Assembly (NCBI GenBank): GCA_951406725.2
Contig: OX597814.1
Span: 62,744,001-62,808,000, forward strand
Length of the DNA stretch: 64,000 nucleotides
Direction of reading: 5' to 3'
Source: Octopus vulgaris
Taxonomy: Eukaryota
Shown: positions 26,800 through 41,384 of the stretch, piece after piece
Layout: every line of letters starts with the position of its first letter
Position numbering within the stretch: the first letter of the stretch is position 1
Notes under the pieces: model-generated
Seen by the model: the letters and a program-made list of their open reading frames with translations, nothing else
Database searches by the model: none
What the model was told of the DNA's origin: nothing
Translations under genes and position numbers: made by a program

Positions 26800-27875
26800 C
26801 TTACCCAATTTATTTTTTTGTATGTTCACTCAATTTATTGTCATCTACATTGGAAAAGGTTCTTCAAAAACTTATAATAGTCAGATAAAAGAATAAATAC
26901 AATCGGTGAGTAGAATGCCTTTGCTATAATAGATCAACACTGACAGCGGCATAAATGTTAAGTGCAACAACAGCAGCATCAACAACAAAAACCATAGAAA
27001 GGCAGCAACCAATACCATTATTAGAGGCATGACCACAACAGATCACCCAAATTATTCACATTTATATTGAAAAAGGTTTTTTTAAAAAACTTATATTGGT
27101 CAGATAAAGGAATAAATATAATCAGATGCATGCTAAATCATATCAGATTCACTGATAATATTATACTCATTTCCAGAATCAACAGAAATACGTAGAGAAC
27201 TCAAGGAAGAAAGAAAAAATATGGACTCAGAATCAATATTAGTAAAACAAAGATAAATTCCAGCCAATCACAGCTGGAAATGTAGTAATAGATGATGAAA
27301 TAGTTGAACATGTGAATCAATACACCTATCTTGGAGAAATAAGTTACTTAAAGGATAAAAATCAGACCGAAGAAATTGAACGATAAATGCAGTTAGGATG
27401 GGCGATCTTTGGTAACTTGCTCAAGGTCTTCAACCAGTTTGTGCTGAGTACCGATGCCTATGTATCAGAAACACAAACTACCAACAAGAACATTGAAAAT
27501 AAATTATCAGTGACACAAAGAGTCATGGAAAGGGGAATGCTGAAGATTAACAAAATGGATAAGTGGAGAAGCAACAGGATAAAATTGTCAACAGGTTTAA
27601 CGGATATCATCTAGAAAATAAAAGTTCTGAAGACGTCTTTCGCGGGATATGCTCTAAGAAGAAAGGATGACAGAAGGAATAACAAATTGACAGAGTGGAC
27701 ACCACATCCAGAAAAAAGAAGGAAAGGAAGACCAGGCGTAAGTTAAAACGAAAACTTTAAAAAATTCTTTGGCACCCCAAAATGGATGAGAAAAACATAA
27801 GGTAGTAATTGGTGGAGAAAACATGCTGAAGCCTTCATCCAGCTGTGGTCTAAATATTGTGCAAGGATGATGAAT
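26800..27875 (+). mobile_element. RTE LINE 3' fragment
   Basis: LNHIRFTDN; YTYLGE; MQLGWAIFG; LSVTQRVMERGML; TEWTP..KRRKGRP; EAFIQLW; GATGATGA tail. Confidence 0.85.
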
Positions 27876-27882
27876 GTATGTA

Positions 27883-30800
27883 TGTCATTATTCAGTTTCT
27901 TTCAAGATTTCTTGCCAATAGAAAAAGAATCGCTTCCTAACCTAGATCCAACGTTACTTCATTGGAATTTCAACATCAACAACAGGGTATTTTCAGTGTA
28001 TGTTTGTGTGAATGTATGTATGTATGTATGTGTGCAGATTTGTATGTTTTATGTATGTATTCTCATGCATATAGTTACATATCTAGGCATGCTCATATAT
28101 ATTTAAATGATAAAATTCTGGGAAGTTTCACAGATTTTTACAGTTCCAGTGATGGAGTGGATTTGTAGTCTTCGAATTAACTTTCTCCTTTCTGGTTTTG
28201 AGAAGCCTCATTTCTCAAGATTTATATTCGGGTAGTGTGTTACATATCCCAGGGCCCCTGTAATTACAGTATAAACCTGAGCTTGTAATGTGAATAGGGT
28301 AACTGCAGATTTCTCAACAGTTCAGCGTAGGTGTTCTCTTTTTCACTAATCTTCAGCTTTATGTTAACATACGTTGGGCAGCTAATTTCCTCAACTGTGC
28401 ACAGTTTCTATTCTCAATCCCAAATCATTATATCAGGCCTGTTGTGCTTACATTTTATTGAGATGTTCACTAGTACATTCAACTAGTATTCCTTTTTTTT
28501 ATTATGAGTGGCTATGGCTTCTACCATATTGTGGGTTCTTATTTCTTTGTCCTCGGGATTATCCTTCCGGCGGATTTCATTATAGAATGTCCTAGCTACA
28601 ACGTCAAGTCTCATCGGTAGATAATACCGTGTTAACATTTTCGGACAAATGCTTATGATGTGGGTGATATCTTTAAAGTGAACTCCACAAAGTCTGTATC
28701 GGCTGTCACATTTTACGGATTTTCCTGCATCTATATCCCCTTTGCGCATCAGGTACTTGATTGATATTTCCTGTTCCTGGATTGCAAATGCATGCCCTTC
28801 AAAGTGGGAGAGTAACCCGGCTATTGGTCCATGATAAACTGCTTTGATGATCGATGTTACTATCATTACTGAGTTTTCTACTAATATATCCGTTTATAGT
28901 CTTCTGCTCATATAGGCTCATGCTTTCATCTGATGATACGTTGCGGTAGAGTCGTGTGACTTCTTTGGGCATGTATTCTAGGTTATCAGACAAAGAGTGT
29001 TGCTCAAGTGGCTGCCTTCCAAGTCTTATGATGTCATCAGCCTCAGGTATACAAACTTGGTCAAGGGATGCACTTTGACACTTGGTGGTTAAAAGATGTT
29101 GCCGAATGGATATGATGCGACATTCAAAGGCATTTTGGATCGATTTTAAGCCCCTACGGCCTTGTTTTCGTTTTAGTTAAAGGCGGTCTACGTCACTGTT
29201 TATGTGGAAATTGTATGTATTTGTTAGTATTTTTCGGGTTTTCATATCAATGGCTCAGATCTCATCAAGCGTCCAATCAAACAGCCCAAATGTTGGTATG
29301 AGTACTGGCACTACAAACACATTGTGGACCACTGTTTTATTGAATGCAGAGAGTTCTGAGGTCCAAATTTTCTTTATTCAGCTGTAATAATCTTTAGTGA
29401 TACGTGCTTTGTTACAGGTGCCATTGTAAGATATATTTTCATCTACCCCTAGATACCTGTAAAATTCCTCGTCGATGGAGATTTTATTAGTCTGTTTTAT
29501 AATTTTCCCTCTTTTCACAATCATATAACAACATTTACCCTGACCAAACTCCAGCCCTACATCCTTTGAGAATGTAGTAATTAGGCCAAGGCTCTTTTTT
29601 ATCTCATGCATATTCTTTGCATAAAGTTGTAAGTCATCCACAAAGAAACAGTGTGTAATTTTGGTATTTCTGTTTCCTTGTGAACCAGTGAGATACCCTT
29701 CAGTCTTCCTTAACATGAATGACAAGGGGTTTACATAAAGTATAAACAACATCACAGAGAGGCTGTCTCCTGGGAATATGCCTTTGCGATATTGTATTCT
29801 ATCGATGATAGTACAGTCGCTCTTTGTCTTTAATTTCAATATGGTGGTCCACGATGAAGCCAGGTTAGCTATGGCTTTGACTATTCTCACTGGAACTTTA
29901 GCAAGTTGAAGGGCTTCTAGCATCCATCAGTGGGGAACAAAGTCACAGGCTTTCTTGCAATCTAGCCACATTAAAACTAGGTTCCTCCTATGCTCTCGCA
30001 CCTTAGACATCACAGTTTTGTTGATTAACAATTGCTCAGCACATCCCCAGACTCCCTTCCTCCCAGCTGCTTGCTTTGCTGTAATAATGTTATTGGTTTC
30101 ACAATGGTCTTGGAGGAATAGGTTTAAACATTCTGTATATATCTTATACATTAAGTTCTGGCATGCAGTTGGCCGGTAATTTTTTGCCATGTGGGTGGTT
30201 CTACATTTGAGGTTCAATTTTGTCTCTGCCAGAGCTAACCAATGTGGTATTCTGCTGTTCCCAATGAAAGCTTGCTGGTACAGATTAATAAGACATGGTC
30301 AGTAGAATGTTAGCTTCTTATACCAATATTCAACAATCAAGCCTCTTTCAGGTGCTTTTCCATCCTGGAGTTTCTGGATCACAGTTGCAAGTGTTTCACC
30401 ATCAATTTTGTATGTCATGGATGTAAAGCAAGAGCAATAACTTTATCGGATTTCTTCCAGCCACAATTGGTTAAATTCCTTCTCTTCACTCCAGATTTTC
30501 CTCCAGAAGGAGTCTATGTCTTTTCGTGAAGGAGCTTCCATGATGTTTATTGCCTCTCTTCTCATTTCTCCGTGTACTGCTGCCTGGTTGCGGTTAAATT
30601 TTTCGTTTATTGTTCTTCTCTCGGTTATTCTCTTCCGATGTCGGAGTTTTTTACTGATAGCTTTTAGCTCCCGCTTGAGGGTAATCAGTTTGTAAGAGAG
30701 TGTTCTCTTTTGTGCGGCCTCCAAACATCATTTCTATCTCCTTCTTTACTTTCTGTTGGTGGTACGTATAGTGACTTGCTTGTTTCTATGCAACAAGCAT

Positions 30801-33246
30801 CATTACATGACTGATGGTCTTCTGTAAACTAGTTATCTTTTTCTGTCTTCAAAACCCATGTTGGTACTTTCTTGGTTATTTCGGTTTTGTTTACTTTTTG
30901 AACATCATTCATGTACTGTTTTGCAGTAGTAGCCAGAGCGGATCTAGTTTTTTCATTCGCAAAAAATGCATTTTTTTAAAAGGAAGTAAAATATCTGAAA
31001 ATCGGCTATAATACTGTAGTCTTCCAGTTTCATTGCTATGAAGGTATGATGCTGTGGAGAAAAAATTGAAGAGAAAAGCTCAAGATGTTTAAAAATCGAA
31101 AAAACTGTATTTTTAGCCAATAGCGAGACAGAAATTTTCTGCGTTTAGTGGAGCGTTGTCAACTTTAAGGTTGTACCCTGTAAAATTTAGAGTTTAGTGT
31201 CTGACCTGTTCACTGTAGGTTTCTAAGTAAACAGAAATAACGAATTTCATTGCAGTTTTCTAAGTAAACAGTAATACCTAATAAAATCAACATGTATCAT
31301 CTTACTGTTTCTTTTGTCTCTTCATTGATTGCATATTTTTATTATTTTTTAATTTGTTATATTATATAGTTATCTACATGTGTTTATTTTATGCGCATTT
31401 CAGTATTATGTACACCTATCATGTATTTGTGTACATCATTAATATATAAGTGCATGTGGATTGTGTATTCATATATAAGTTTATATGCACATTTATGCAT
31501 TCATGTGTGTATGTGCGCACGCGTGTGTGTGCGTGTGTGTGCGTGTGTGTCTGTGTGAGTGTATGTCTGTGTGTGTGAAGGGGGTGTCTGTCGCCAAAAC
31601 TCCAAAGTTGAGTAACGTTTTCGTACTTGGATTTATAAACTACGATAAGCATAACACTGGTCAACAAAGAATTTCTCTCAAGGAAAAGAATACTTGTATC
31701 CTATATGTTTTTGCATGCAGAATTCAAAATTAATGTCAAATTATCTGTATTACCCACAGTTTCTCTGTTCCACGATATACCTGCCAGTTCCTGTTACGTG
31801 GGATAAATTTCAGTTAAGCTGTTGAAAATTGACGCTAGCGATTTAAGAAATACTCCTAATCTAAATTTTTATGAATAGAATTAACCTAGTGAAATCATAA
31901 ATCCAGCTATCTGAGTCAATGAGTACCCAAAATATATGAAATGAAAAATATGTAACTAACATACAGAAGCAAGAAAAATGTGTAATATACTAACACACAG
32001 AAAAATTAAAACAAAACACGCGGGTGAAAATAATCCCGTGGTGTGAAGAATCAAGTGTCAAAAATCAACATGTGGCACAGACAGTGAAACACAATGCGGC
32101 GTGCCGTTGTCATGGTAACAAGCTACTAATGTCATGTTGTCTGTTGATTGGCTAAAATTACCAAAATTTCCCAACTTTAATTCCAAATAATATCAAAATT
32201 GAGAGATGCATCGATGCACCAAAATTGAAAGCAATCTGAGCAAAATTAAAGGGGGCTCATTTTGCGAATGAAAAAGGCTAGATCTGCCAGAGCATATAGA
32301 CTGGCGATAATCTGCCAGTATGTGGGTCCATCATACTGTTGTAAAAAATCATCACCAATTTTGCTAACAGCTTTTAATACCGTATCTGGTGGCTTTTTAA
32401 ACTTAATTTTGTAGAGAATACTCTCTCTTCGAGAGAATCCTGCAAAGCCAAAGTTATTTTTTCTCGGAAAATTTCAGTAAGAGCACATTTCATTGGCATG
32501 TAATCCTGACTACCACTACTACTAAAATAATAATTGCGGTTGGGCCTGCTATTTACCATAGGGGACAGGGGTCAGTTACTTGAGCCAGTAATGTAGTTCG
32601 GCTGGCAGGCACTATAGAATCTGTTGGAATGTCGCTAGCTGCGAAACCACGTAGTGGTCTTATACCATCCACGTTTTCGTTCTTGTTTATAGAGTTGGGA
32701 ACAAGGTTAATTTTCAATTTCTTAATAAAGTTACTATTATTCTTTCTATGTTCTACAAATGTTGCTTGTTGGCGTAGCTGCTTCGCAGTAAAATGATTTA
32801 CTTCTGGATGCTGATCGTCCCAGTATAATTTCAATCGATTCATATAGCCAACAGTGCGGTTATGCTTCGCTTTTTCTTAGCAGTTAAATAGATCAGTATT
32901 CAATTCATAACGCTTAGAGAAATGCGTTTTGTAGTTACGGTTTCTCTTATAACTACAGTTAGAAAGAATTCTTCTACCTGTTGAGCTGCTGTTTTCGTTC
33001 TGTTCCTCGATTATGTTGTTGTTGATGCTGTATCCACCCATGTTGTTTGTAGTAACTCTCTGCATGCTTAAATTCAAATTTCAGTCGAAAATCACTCCGG
33101 CCTTGTATAAAAGGCTTCTTCAGTTAATTCATCTGAAGATTAACCAGTTATTTAACAAGGCTGATGGTTGTGGCTCCAAACTTGGAGACAGTATTCATCG
33201 TATTTTCGATAATCTTCCACACCAAATAGGCGACTTGTCGCTTTGA
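27883..33246 (-). mobile_element. near full-length R4/Dong-clade RLE LINE (pseudogene) flanked by (TACA)n
   Basis: N-term GYMNRLK..W..TAKQLRQQA; NYRPTAC; GCAEQLLI; KGIFPGDSLS; FFVDDL; IQEQEI; RLCG..ITHIISICP; HNRPDIMIW. TATG repeats lie at both ends. Confidence 0.9.
30940..32285. mobile_element. non-autonomous TIR DNA transposon nested in the LINE
   Basis: Left GGATCTAGTTTTTTCATTCGCAAAA and right TTTTGCGAATGAAAAAGGCTAGATCT; flanking duplication GCCAGAGC; the LINE frame rejoins as ASLYALATTAK. Confidence 0.9.
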
Positions 33247-34044
33247 ATGGAATGGAATGTTGTTATGTTATGTTATATTATGTTATGTAATGTGTGTATG
33301 TATGTATGTATGTATGTTTGTATGTATGTATGTATGTATGTATGTATGTATGTATGTATGTATGTATGTATGTATGTATGTATGTATGCATCCCGTGCAG
33401 CACCTCAGGCAATAAAAAAATCCTTCAAGACGGTATTCTGCATAGTTGCAGCCCAATGACTGAAAGAAGTAAAATAATAGTAAAATAAGAGTAAAAAAAT
33501 GAACCCCATCAGATTGTGATTAAAAGAGAAATTCTTCAATCAAAATGGAAAAGGAAACATTTTCTTTTTACAGATTCTGTTTCTTTTGATGTTCAAAACA
33601 TTAAAAGAAGCATAATAAAAACATATGCTGCTGGGTGGTTAAAAAAATCCACGCAAAAATGAATAGTTCCAAAAACTGTGTCTCGCATGCCCAGATGGCT
33701 TTTCAATTTAGTGTTTTTGTTCCAATGGTGTGTTTAGGTGTGGTCGGTCTAAGGCCTTCAAAGTGCACTGTTTTTTTTTTTTTGCGTGTGATTGTGTGTG
33801 CGGGTGTATGTGTGTGTGTGGTTTGTTGTGGCTAGATTAGATCACCAGGCAGGAGTGACATTATATCCGTAATGAATTTAATGTATTGCTTGTGTATTAA
33901 CGTTGTTGTCCTTCATAACTTAAAGTGTTCTAAGATGTATATCATTTTGATGTTTTAACTAATTCTTCTGTGCTCTTTAGCTGCAGTAAAAGGTTATACG
34001 TAATATTTTGGAATTTTCACACTCCATCTATCACTCTCTCTCCC

Positions 34045-34088
<44 letters not shown>

Positions 34089-36328
34089 GAATATATACTT
34101 GTGTGTGTGCGCGCACACGCGTATTTGTGTGTGTGGTATGATCATGTGCACCAGTGTGATTGTGCTTATATCTGTTGTTCATTGGTGCTGCAGATAAGAA
34201 AAAAAATGGGTGGAGGGATTAAGGATGTAATACTTTCATTTTGTTTATTTTGAGTCAATTTCTAGGTGGTTGATGTACAATTGGAGCAAATATGCAGCTG
34301 TGTATTTGTGATAGCGAGCTATAACTTAATACGATCTGCGTATGCGTTCGTATGTATGGTGGAGTTGTTACACTGGCGAGAGATTGCTGATGTTTTATTC
34401 TTGAGTACTTGATCGAGTTAGCAACGTGGGAGGTAGTTTGAGAGCTAGTGTTTTCGATTGTTAAGTAGGTTTTAAATATTCTGTTTATAACCGGGAAGTG
34501 CGTAACTGAGTTGATGGTTGATGGTATGAATAGGAGTTTGAAGGAACGCGTATGTTTTGTTTATTTGTTTTAATTGTCAAAATAAACTGAATCCGTAATG
34601 AGCAGTAAAAACAGGAATATGTGGGATTTGTTAGTTAAAAATTGAGCATTTTGATGATTATGAGAGTATGGTATGCTTATGATTTGTTACTGTTTTGCTT
34701 AGGCTTTTGTTGGATCTTAGGGTCATTATAAATTTGCAGACTTCCAAATTCTATGGATTTAGTAGAGTCAATATGAATATTTCAAGATGAGTGCAATAAT
34801 TTCTTCAGGTTGTAAGCATTTTTGCATGTTTTGGATTTCATTTGAACCTGAAACTTTGTCCTTTTGGAGCTTTTCTTATTGCGTTTCTGTTAGTTAATGG
34901 GAGGAAGCGGTTCAAGCGGAAGTGGAAGTTGTGTTTTTCTACTAATGTGCCTATTTGCATAGCTTTTAGTAATTTTAGTGATTTTTATTGTTTGGTAAGG
35001 GAGTCTACTTGTTGCTGGAGTGTTTGGTATTTGAAGATGTTGTTGTGACGTAACAATTAGTGTGGCTATTGTTAGATATGTTGATACTGATAGTTACTTT
35101 GCGCTGTGTTTAACCATTTTGTTTTGAAATTTATGCGATCCAGATATCCTAGTTTTCTTGTTTGTAGAAGATGGGGAAGGGGCGTGTTTTTTAAATTCTG
35201 TTATTTTATGTTTTCCTTTGGTAAATAGTATGTGTGTGCGGGTGTGTTATGTTCGAGATCATCATTAATTTCTTTTTATTGTATTTAGAAAGAGTTTAAT
35301 TACCCAGATACGTCATCCGCTTCAAAATTTTAAATAAGACTGAACATAATTTTATGAATATATAATTAAAATATGTGATGTTCTGATAATGCTTCACTGT
35401 TCTTCGACGTCTTCTACGAAACATTACCAAAGTAGCGATGTGGGAATCGTTAAAATAACTGTATTTGGTTAAAAATGGAAACGAAAATATGCAGAATGCG
35501 GTTTTAGTTTTCAAAAGTTTCTGGAATTATAAATAAGAGAGTAAAAAAATTAATAAACAGCAAGGTCGTTCTAAGTGCTAAGACGTGTTCTGAATCATTC
35601 GTTTGCACTGTTTAAAGATTGTTAGACGAATCAAAAAGGATCGAAAAAAAAACAGACCAAAACTAAAGAGAAAATAATTTGCAAATTAGTTACTGTTGAG
35701 GAATTTTCAAGTAATGTGAGTAGTAAAAAGACCTTTATTAAGAAAATATCTCACCAACAAAGGTTTAGTTTAACTAGAGAAAAGTTCTCATTTAATGCAG
35801 ATGATTTAAAGGCCGATAGGTTTTGTAAAAAAATGTGATCAGTATAATATGATTGAAAGAGAGGATAAATTAAAAGTATATAAGTTTTTTTTTTTCATTT
35901 TCAGTGTTGTTAGATCAGTGGGTGCATTATCAACTAACCGGTCGCGCAGCCTAAGAGGTTGTGACTTAACAAGAAGCTGCAGATGAGGAGGATGCCCTTA
36001 GGGGCGCCGAGAGTTTAAAGGTGTTGAGGATCTCTTAGAAATAAAGTATTAAACTTAGATACAAGTTAAACATACTTTCGAAAGGAAATCAATATTGTCG
36101 GGATTAAAATGAGTCAGACATTGTGATATCTGTAAACTGGAACATAGCTGATGATGCACCAACGTTCTATATAATTTCAGTCGCAAGCATGGCTTTGAGG
36201 TCAAGAAGCTTGTTTCTCAACATTGTGGTCTCGAGTTTAGTCCCACTGCGTAGCACCACGGGGAAATGTCTTCTGCTATAGCCCGGGCCAACCAAAACCT
36301 TGAGACAGAAAATAGAAGTCAGTGTATG

Positions 36329-36415
<87 letters not shown>

Positions 36416-36860
36416 CTATCTACTTACCTTCTGTCTGTCTGTCTATCACACACAAACATGCACGCACGCACACACACACACACACACATACACACACACA
36501 CACACATGACGGACTTCTCATCATATTTATCGTCTAGCAAATTCACTTACAAGGTATTGGTCAGCACGGGGCTGCCCTTTGAGATTGGACCCGAAACCGC
36601 GGGTTCAATGTAATTTTGCCTATTGAAAAAATTATTGAGCTTTCTAAATTCAACTCAGAAACCGAACGGTCGTTCTTTGAGCCTCTTATGAAAATCGTGG
36701 TACTATTTAGTGGTAATGGTAGTGGTGTGAATGTTGATGATGATGATGATGGTGATGGTGATGATAATGATATGGGATTGATATGATTATAATACTGGTG
36801 GTGTAATCGATGGTAGTCATTTGAACAATTAAGATAAACAGAATATTTTGATTCTTGTGA

Positions 36861-37095
36861 AGGCGTATAATGTAGTGGTTAGGGAGTAGCTTTCACTATC
36901 TCGCGATCATGTTGTACCGCCGGTTGCGTTGTGTTGTGTTCTTGAGCAAAACACATCATTTCACGTTGCTGCAGTCTACTCAGCTGGTAAAAATCCGTAA
37001 TCCTGCGATGGACTGGCGTCCCATCCAGGAGAGTGGGAGTTATGTACTTAGTGGTTTAGACACCACTGAAACTGAGCTACAGGCCCTATGAGTCA
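36861..37095 (+). mobile_element. tRNA-derived SINE family 2
   Basis: tagtggttaggg head, gtgttcttgagcaaaacac, gcgatggactggcgtcccatccagg; related heads at 55320-55405 (+) and 57885-57995 (-). Confidence 0.7.
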
Positions 37096-37887
37096 AAAGG
37101 CTCAAGATAGTACTGACATTGGGTCGTTCTTTAGCTCCAGTTCACTCCCGATAAAAGTGACACATGATTAAAGGTACTCCAGTTGTGGACTTCCAGTCCC
37201 TTTCCCCCCGGCATAGCATATTCGAAGAGACTGTTTCCTTTCTTTCTCTTTTTTTTCTTTATGATGGCTGAGTGCAAGGGGAAGATGTTTTTGTTGCTAT
37301 TCGAGCAGGACAAGCGACCTTGAAGAAGTTTCATCGTTGGTTCGAAGAACATTTTGCTGTTTATGTAGTATGTATGTGTGTGCGCGCGCGCGTGTGTGTG
37401 TATGTGTGTCATAATGTTCATGTGTATATGTGTGTGTATGTGAGTGTATATCTGTGTGAATAGGTGAATATGAGTGTGTACGCGTCTGTGTGAATGTGTG
37501 AATGCATGTGTGTGTGTGTGTTCCTGTTTGAGTGTACCTGCATGTGCGCATGTGTGTATGCGTGTGAAAGTGTGTGTGTGTACGTGCGCGCTCACGTGTG
37601 TGCATGCGTGTGTAAATTAGTGTGGTGTTAAGAGCAAGTATGAATAGAAGGTGATCAATGAATGGAAAACACAATGTGCAAATCAATAATTACCAACAAA
37701 CACAAACATATTAGCTAATTAATTTGCTAATGAGCTAATATTTTTCAAAGACTATATGACATGCATACACACACACATGTATATTTTATTTGGTTTATAT
37801 AATATTCTTTTTTATCGTTTGCTTGTTGCTGTCGCTGGACAGCGGCCATGTTGTGTCACCACTTTGAAAAGTTCAGTCGGTCAAATC

Positions 37888-37971
37888 TGCCTTCTTCTTC
37901 TTCTTCTTCTTCTTCTTCTTCTTCTTCTTCTTCTTCTTCTTCTTCTTCTTCTTCTTCTTCTCCTCCTCCTC

Positions 37972-38019
<48 letters not shown>

Positions 38020-38075
38020 TATTATTATCATCATCATCATCATCATCATTATTATTATCATCATCATCATCATCA

Positions 38076-38107
<32 letters not shown>

Positions 38108-38126
38108 GTTATTATTATTATTATTA

Positions 38127-38195
<69 letters not shown>
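37888..38195. repeat. compound (CTT)n(CCT)n(CAT)n(TAT)n
   Basis: Direct reading. Confidence 0.95.
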
Positions 38196-38196
<1 letters not shown>

Positions 38197-38537
38197 GGTG
38201 GCGAGCTGGTAGAATCGATGGATGAAATGCTTAATGGTATTTCACCTATCGCTACGTTCTGAGTTCAAATTCTGCCGAGGTCGACTTTGCCTTTCATCCT
38301 TTTGGGGTCGATAAAATAAGTACCAGTTGAACACTGGGCTCGATGTAATCGACTCATCTCTCCCCCAAAATTGCTGCCCTTGTGGCTAAATTTGAAACCA
38401 TTATCGTTATTACTATTATTATTATTGTGGCAAGCTGGCAGGATCGTTACGACGCCGGACAAATTGTTTAGCGTCATTCCGTACATCTTTACGTTGTGAG
38501 TTCAAATTCCACGGAATTTGACTTTGCCTTTCATCTT
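38197..38537 (+). mobile_element. SINE family 3, one full and one truncated copy
   Basis: ggcgagctggtagaatcg..gagttcaaattc..gcctttcatcctttggggtcgataaaataagtaccag, resembling a conserved Deu/Nin-type central domain; another copy at 58172-58305. Confidence 0.75.
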
Positions 38538-39059
38538 GTTGTTGTTGTTGTTGTTGTTGTTGTTATGTCTGGTACTTTTATTTTATAGGGTAACTTTTGC
38601 CGATCCAATATGTTACGGGGATATAAAGTATCCGGTTGTCACGCCATAAATACATATATATTTCATTAACTATCAATAAAGATAATGTATGTTTACATAC
38701 ATACATACATACATGTATGCATGCATACATACATACATACATACATACATACATACATACATACATACATACATACACACATACATACAATATATACGCA
38801 ATACATACACGCACACACGTACACACACATATACACATGAATAACTAGCCACAAGCACATTTATATGCGCATGCGTAACTCAAACTGATGACCTATGAAG
38901 ATATGCATTCCACATCTAACCACCTCGCCTTTCCGTCTCCAAAGAGTGGCAGTTATAATTGCCCTCGATTATCGTAATTTTACTATATTATTACTATACC
39001 TCTAATAAGCTTGTCAGACAGCTTTTCTTATTCCAGATTGAAGGAGATAGCTGTAACAA

Positions 39060-39600
39060 CACTTAGGACACACCCTATCAAAAACTGCATGTCACAGCTA
39101 ATTTGTGTAATGCAATCGGGAAGTGAAGACAATCTGAATGTTCGTCATGCAATAAAGTTTTGTGCTATAATGCTGCAGAAACTTATGAAATGTTCCAGAC
39201 AGCTTATAGATTAAATTGTATGAGCCAGACATGTGTAAGTCACATGTAAGTCACATATGTAAGACAAATGTAAGAGACCAGACAGAGTAAGTCTGCCAGG
39301 AAGCTCAGGTTGATCCCCTTTTTCGACAGTAAGGGCATCATCCACATCCACTGTGTTCCCTCTAAACAGACGGGTCAAGAAATACTACTTTGTGAAAGTT
39401 TTGTGGGTGTTCAAGAAGAAATTTCGTCGCAAATTGCCACAGCAACTGCACCAGGAAAACGCGCCACTTTGCAGTTCCACCCTGGCCCCAAATATCTTCC
39501 CTTAAAACTGTTCCTCATACTCCCTGCAGTTAGGGCCTTACTCCCTGTGACTTGGTTGTTACACAAGCTGAAGGAGAACATGTATGGGTGGCTAATTCGC
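39060..39600 (+). mobile_element. decayed mariner
   Basis: RHAIKFC..AAETYEMFQTAY; LIPFFDSKGIIHIHCVP. Confidence 0.75.
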
Positions 39601-39624
39601 AATTTTACCACCTAGAGGCAAAAA

Positions 39625-40112
39625 TATATACGTTACTAACAAATGATATAGATGGAAAATGAAATATAAGAGAAACTTTATTGCTCACAACGATAGTTTC
39701 AATCTCTCTCCCACCAATCCCTCACAGGTGGCATACTGAGCAAATGGTTGTGGTGCATCTCTCGGTGCAAACGCGTATCGTCAGGTAAAGGGCATCTCGT
39801 TAATCAAACTCTGTTGTGCTCGGTTTTAATGCTGCATGTTGTGAGTGATCGTATGTTTAAGCCGTTGGGCAGTGACCGTATGTTCAAGCTCAACGGCTTA
39901 AACATACGGTCACTAACAACATGCTGTATCAAAACCGAGTGAAACAGGCGCCCCTTATAATATCACCTGATGACACGCGTCTGCAGCGAGGGATGAATCA
40001 CAACCAGCTGTACAGTATGCCACCCGCAAGATCCAAGATGGGTCAAAACAATTGTTGTGAGCAATAAACTTTCTCGTATATTCCATTATCATTTGTTATA
40101 TACTCAACGAAT
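39625..40112. mobile_element. MITE-like element with ~60-bp imperfect TIRs
   Basis: aatataagagaaactttattgctcacaac ... gttgtgagcaataaactttctcgtatatt. Confidence 0.7.
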
Positions 40113-41384
40113 ACTGGGAAATTCCTGAGGTAGAGCAGCAATTATGTAAAAACCGTGAATGACGTCAGATAGCTATAGACAGTAAACGTGCTTCATCGAC
40201 TTAGCTAGGAACATACTCAATCCTTGAAAATTTACCTACACACACGCGCGCGCGTTTGTATATTCATTTATTATTCTATAAGAAGAATGTTGTGACTTCG
40301 ATGTTTCAGCCGGATAAACTATCGTCCGACACTTCGAAGTCACTGTCAAAAGTATTCTTGTTTACGAATGATAAATTTGTACTCTACAAAAGTATAAAGC
40401 AACCTATCAGATTAATGTAAAATCGTTTTTATTATAAGGGAACATAAAAGCCCAACATTAATATAATATAATATAGCATAATACAATATATATACGTATA
40501 CATATATGTATATGTGTATGTATGCATGCATGTATGTATGTATGTATGTATGTATGTATGTATGTATGTATGTATGTATGTATGTATGTTTGTATGTATG
40601 TATGTATGTTTGTATGTATGTATGTATGTATGTATGTATATGTATGCACACATACATACATGCATACGTACAATCAAAATTTAATAGCGTCTATCGACAG
40701 AATTTATGCTTTTTTTTATTAATGTATCTTTCAATTCTGATCAGATACTGAGTATAATGGTAAACAATAGAATCGCAAACATTAAAAAACATTTCGTCTG
40801 GTATTTGTGAGCATTCTGGTTCGACGGTTGTCTCGTTCGACGGTTGCTGGTTTTATCTTTTAAGAAACCCCATAACAAAGTCTGGAGGTATGAGGTGCGG
40901 TGAATATGGAAGATATTCTACTGTACATCTTCGCCCAATGAAACTTTTGGCAAAATCTCACTATGGTAATGTGGGAACGCCTAGTTTTTCTTGAAATAAA
41001 ACTCCACGTCTTCGAAGTTCTCTCGAATGCTTGGCATAACAAATTGTGACAGCAAGTTCAAATAAGTGGGACCAATCACAGTACAGTAAAACAAAACGGC
41101 TGAATTAATCTACTTAATTTTGGCAAATTAACATGAGGTTCGTGCGTAATATGCGGATTCCCACGTCCCCAGTTGATGCAATTGTGGCTGTGAATTTAGC
41201 CATTTGATATAAATGTAGTGTTATCATACCAAACAACTTAGTTGGAAAGTGAGCATCTCTTACACATTTTGCCAAGTACAACCTGCAAAACTCAAGTTTT
41301 CAATCTGATTCCTTTTCATAGAAAACTATTCTCGGAATATAATTTTACCAATGACGGCGCTTCAAAATGCGATAGATGCTTCAG

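Noticed and set aside
33095-33140. CTGAAGA-A-GCCTT..AAGGC in the LINE 5' UTR (minus)
   Set aside because: No GAAA follows stem II, and the CTGAAGA pairs with an upstream TCTTCAG; not an HHR
34200-35900. Strand-biased segment resembling decayed retroelement coding sequence (RQCNN..CSNC)
   Set aside because: Too degraded to assign a family by eye
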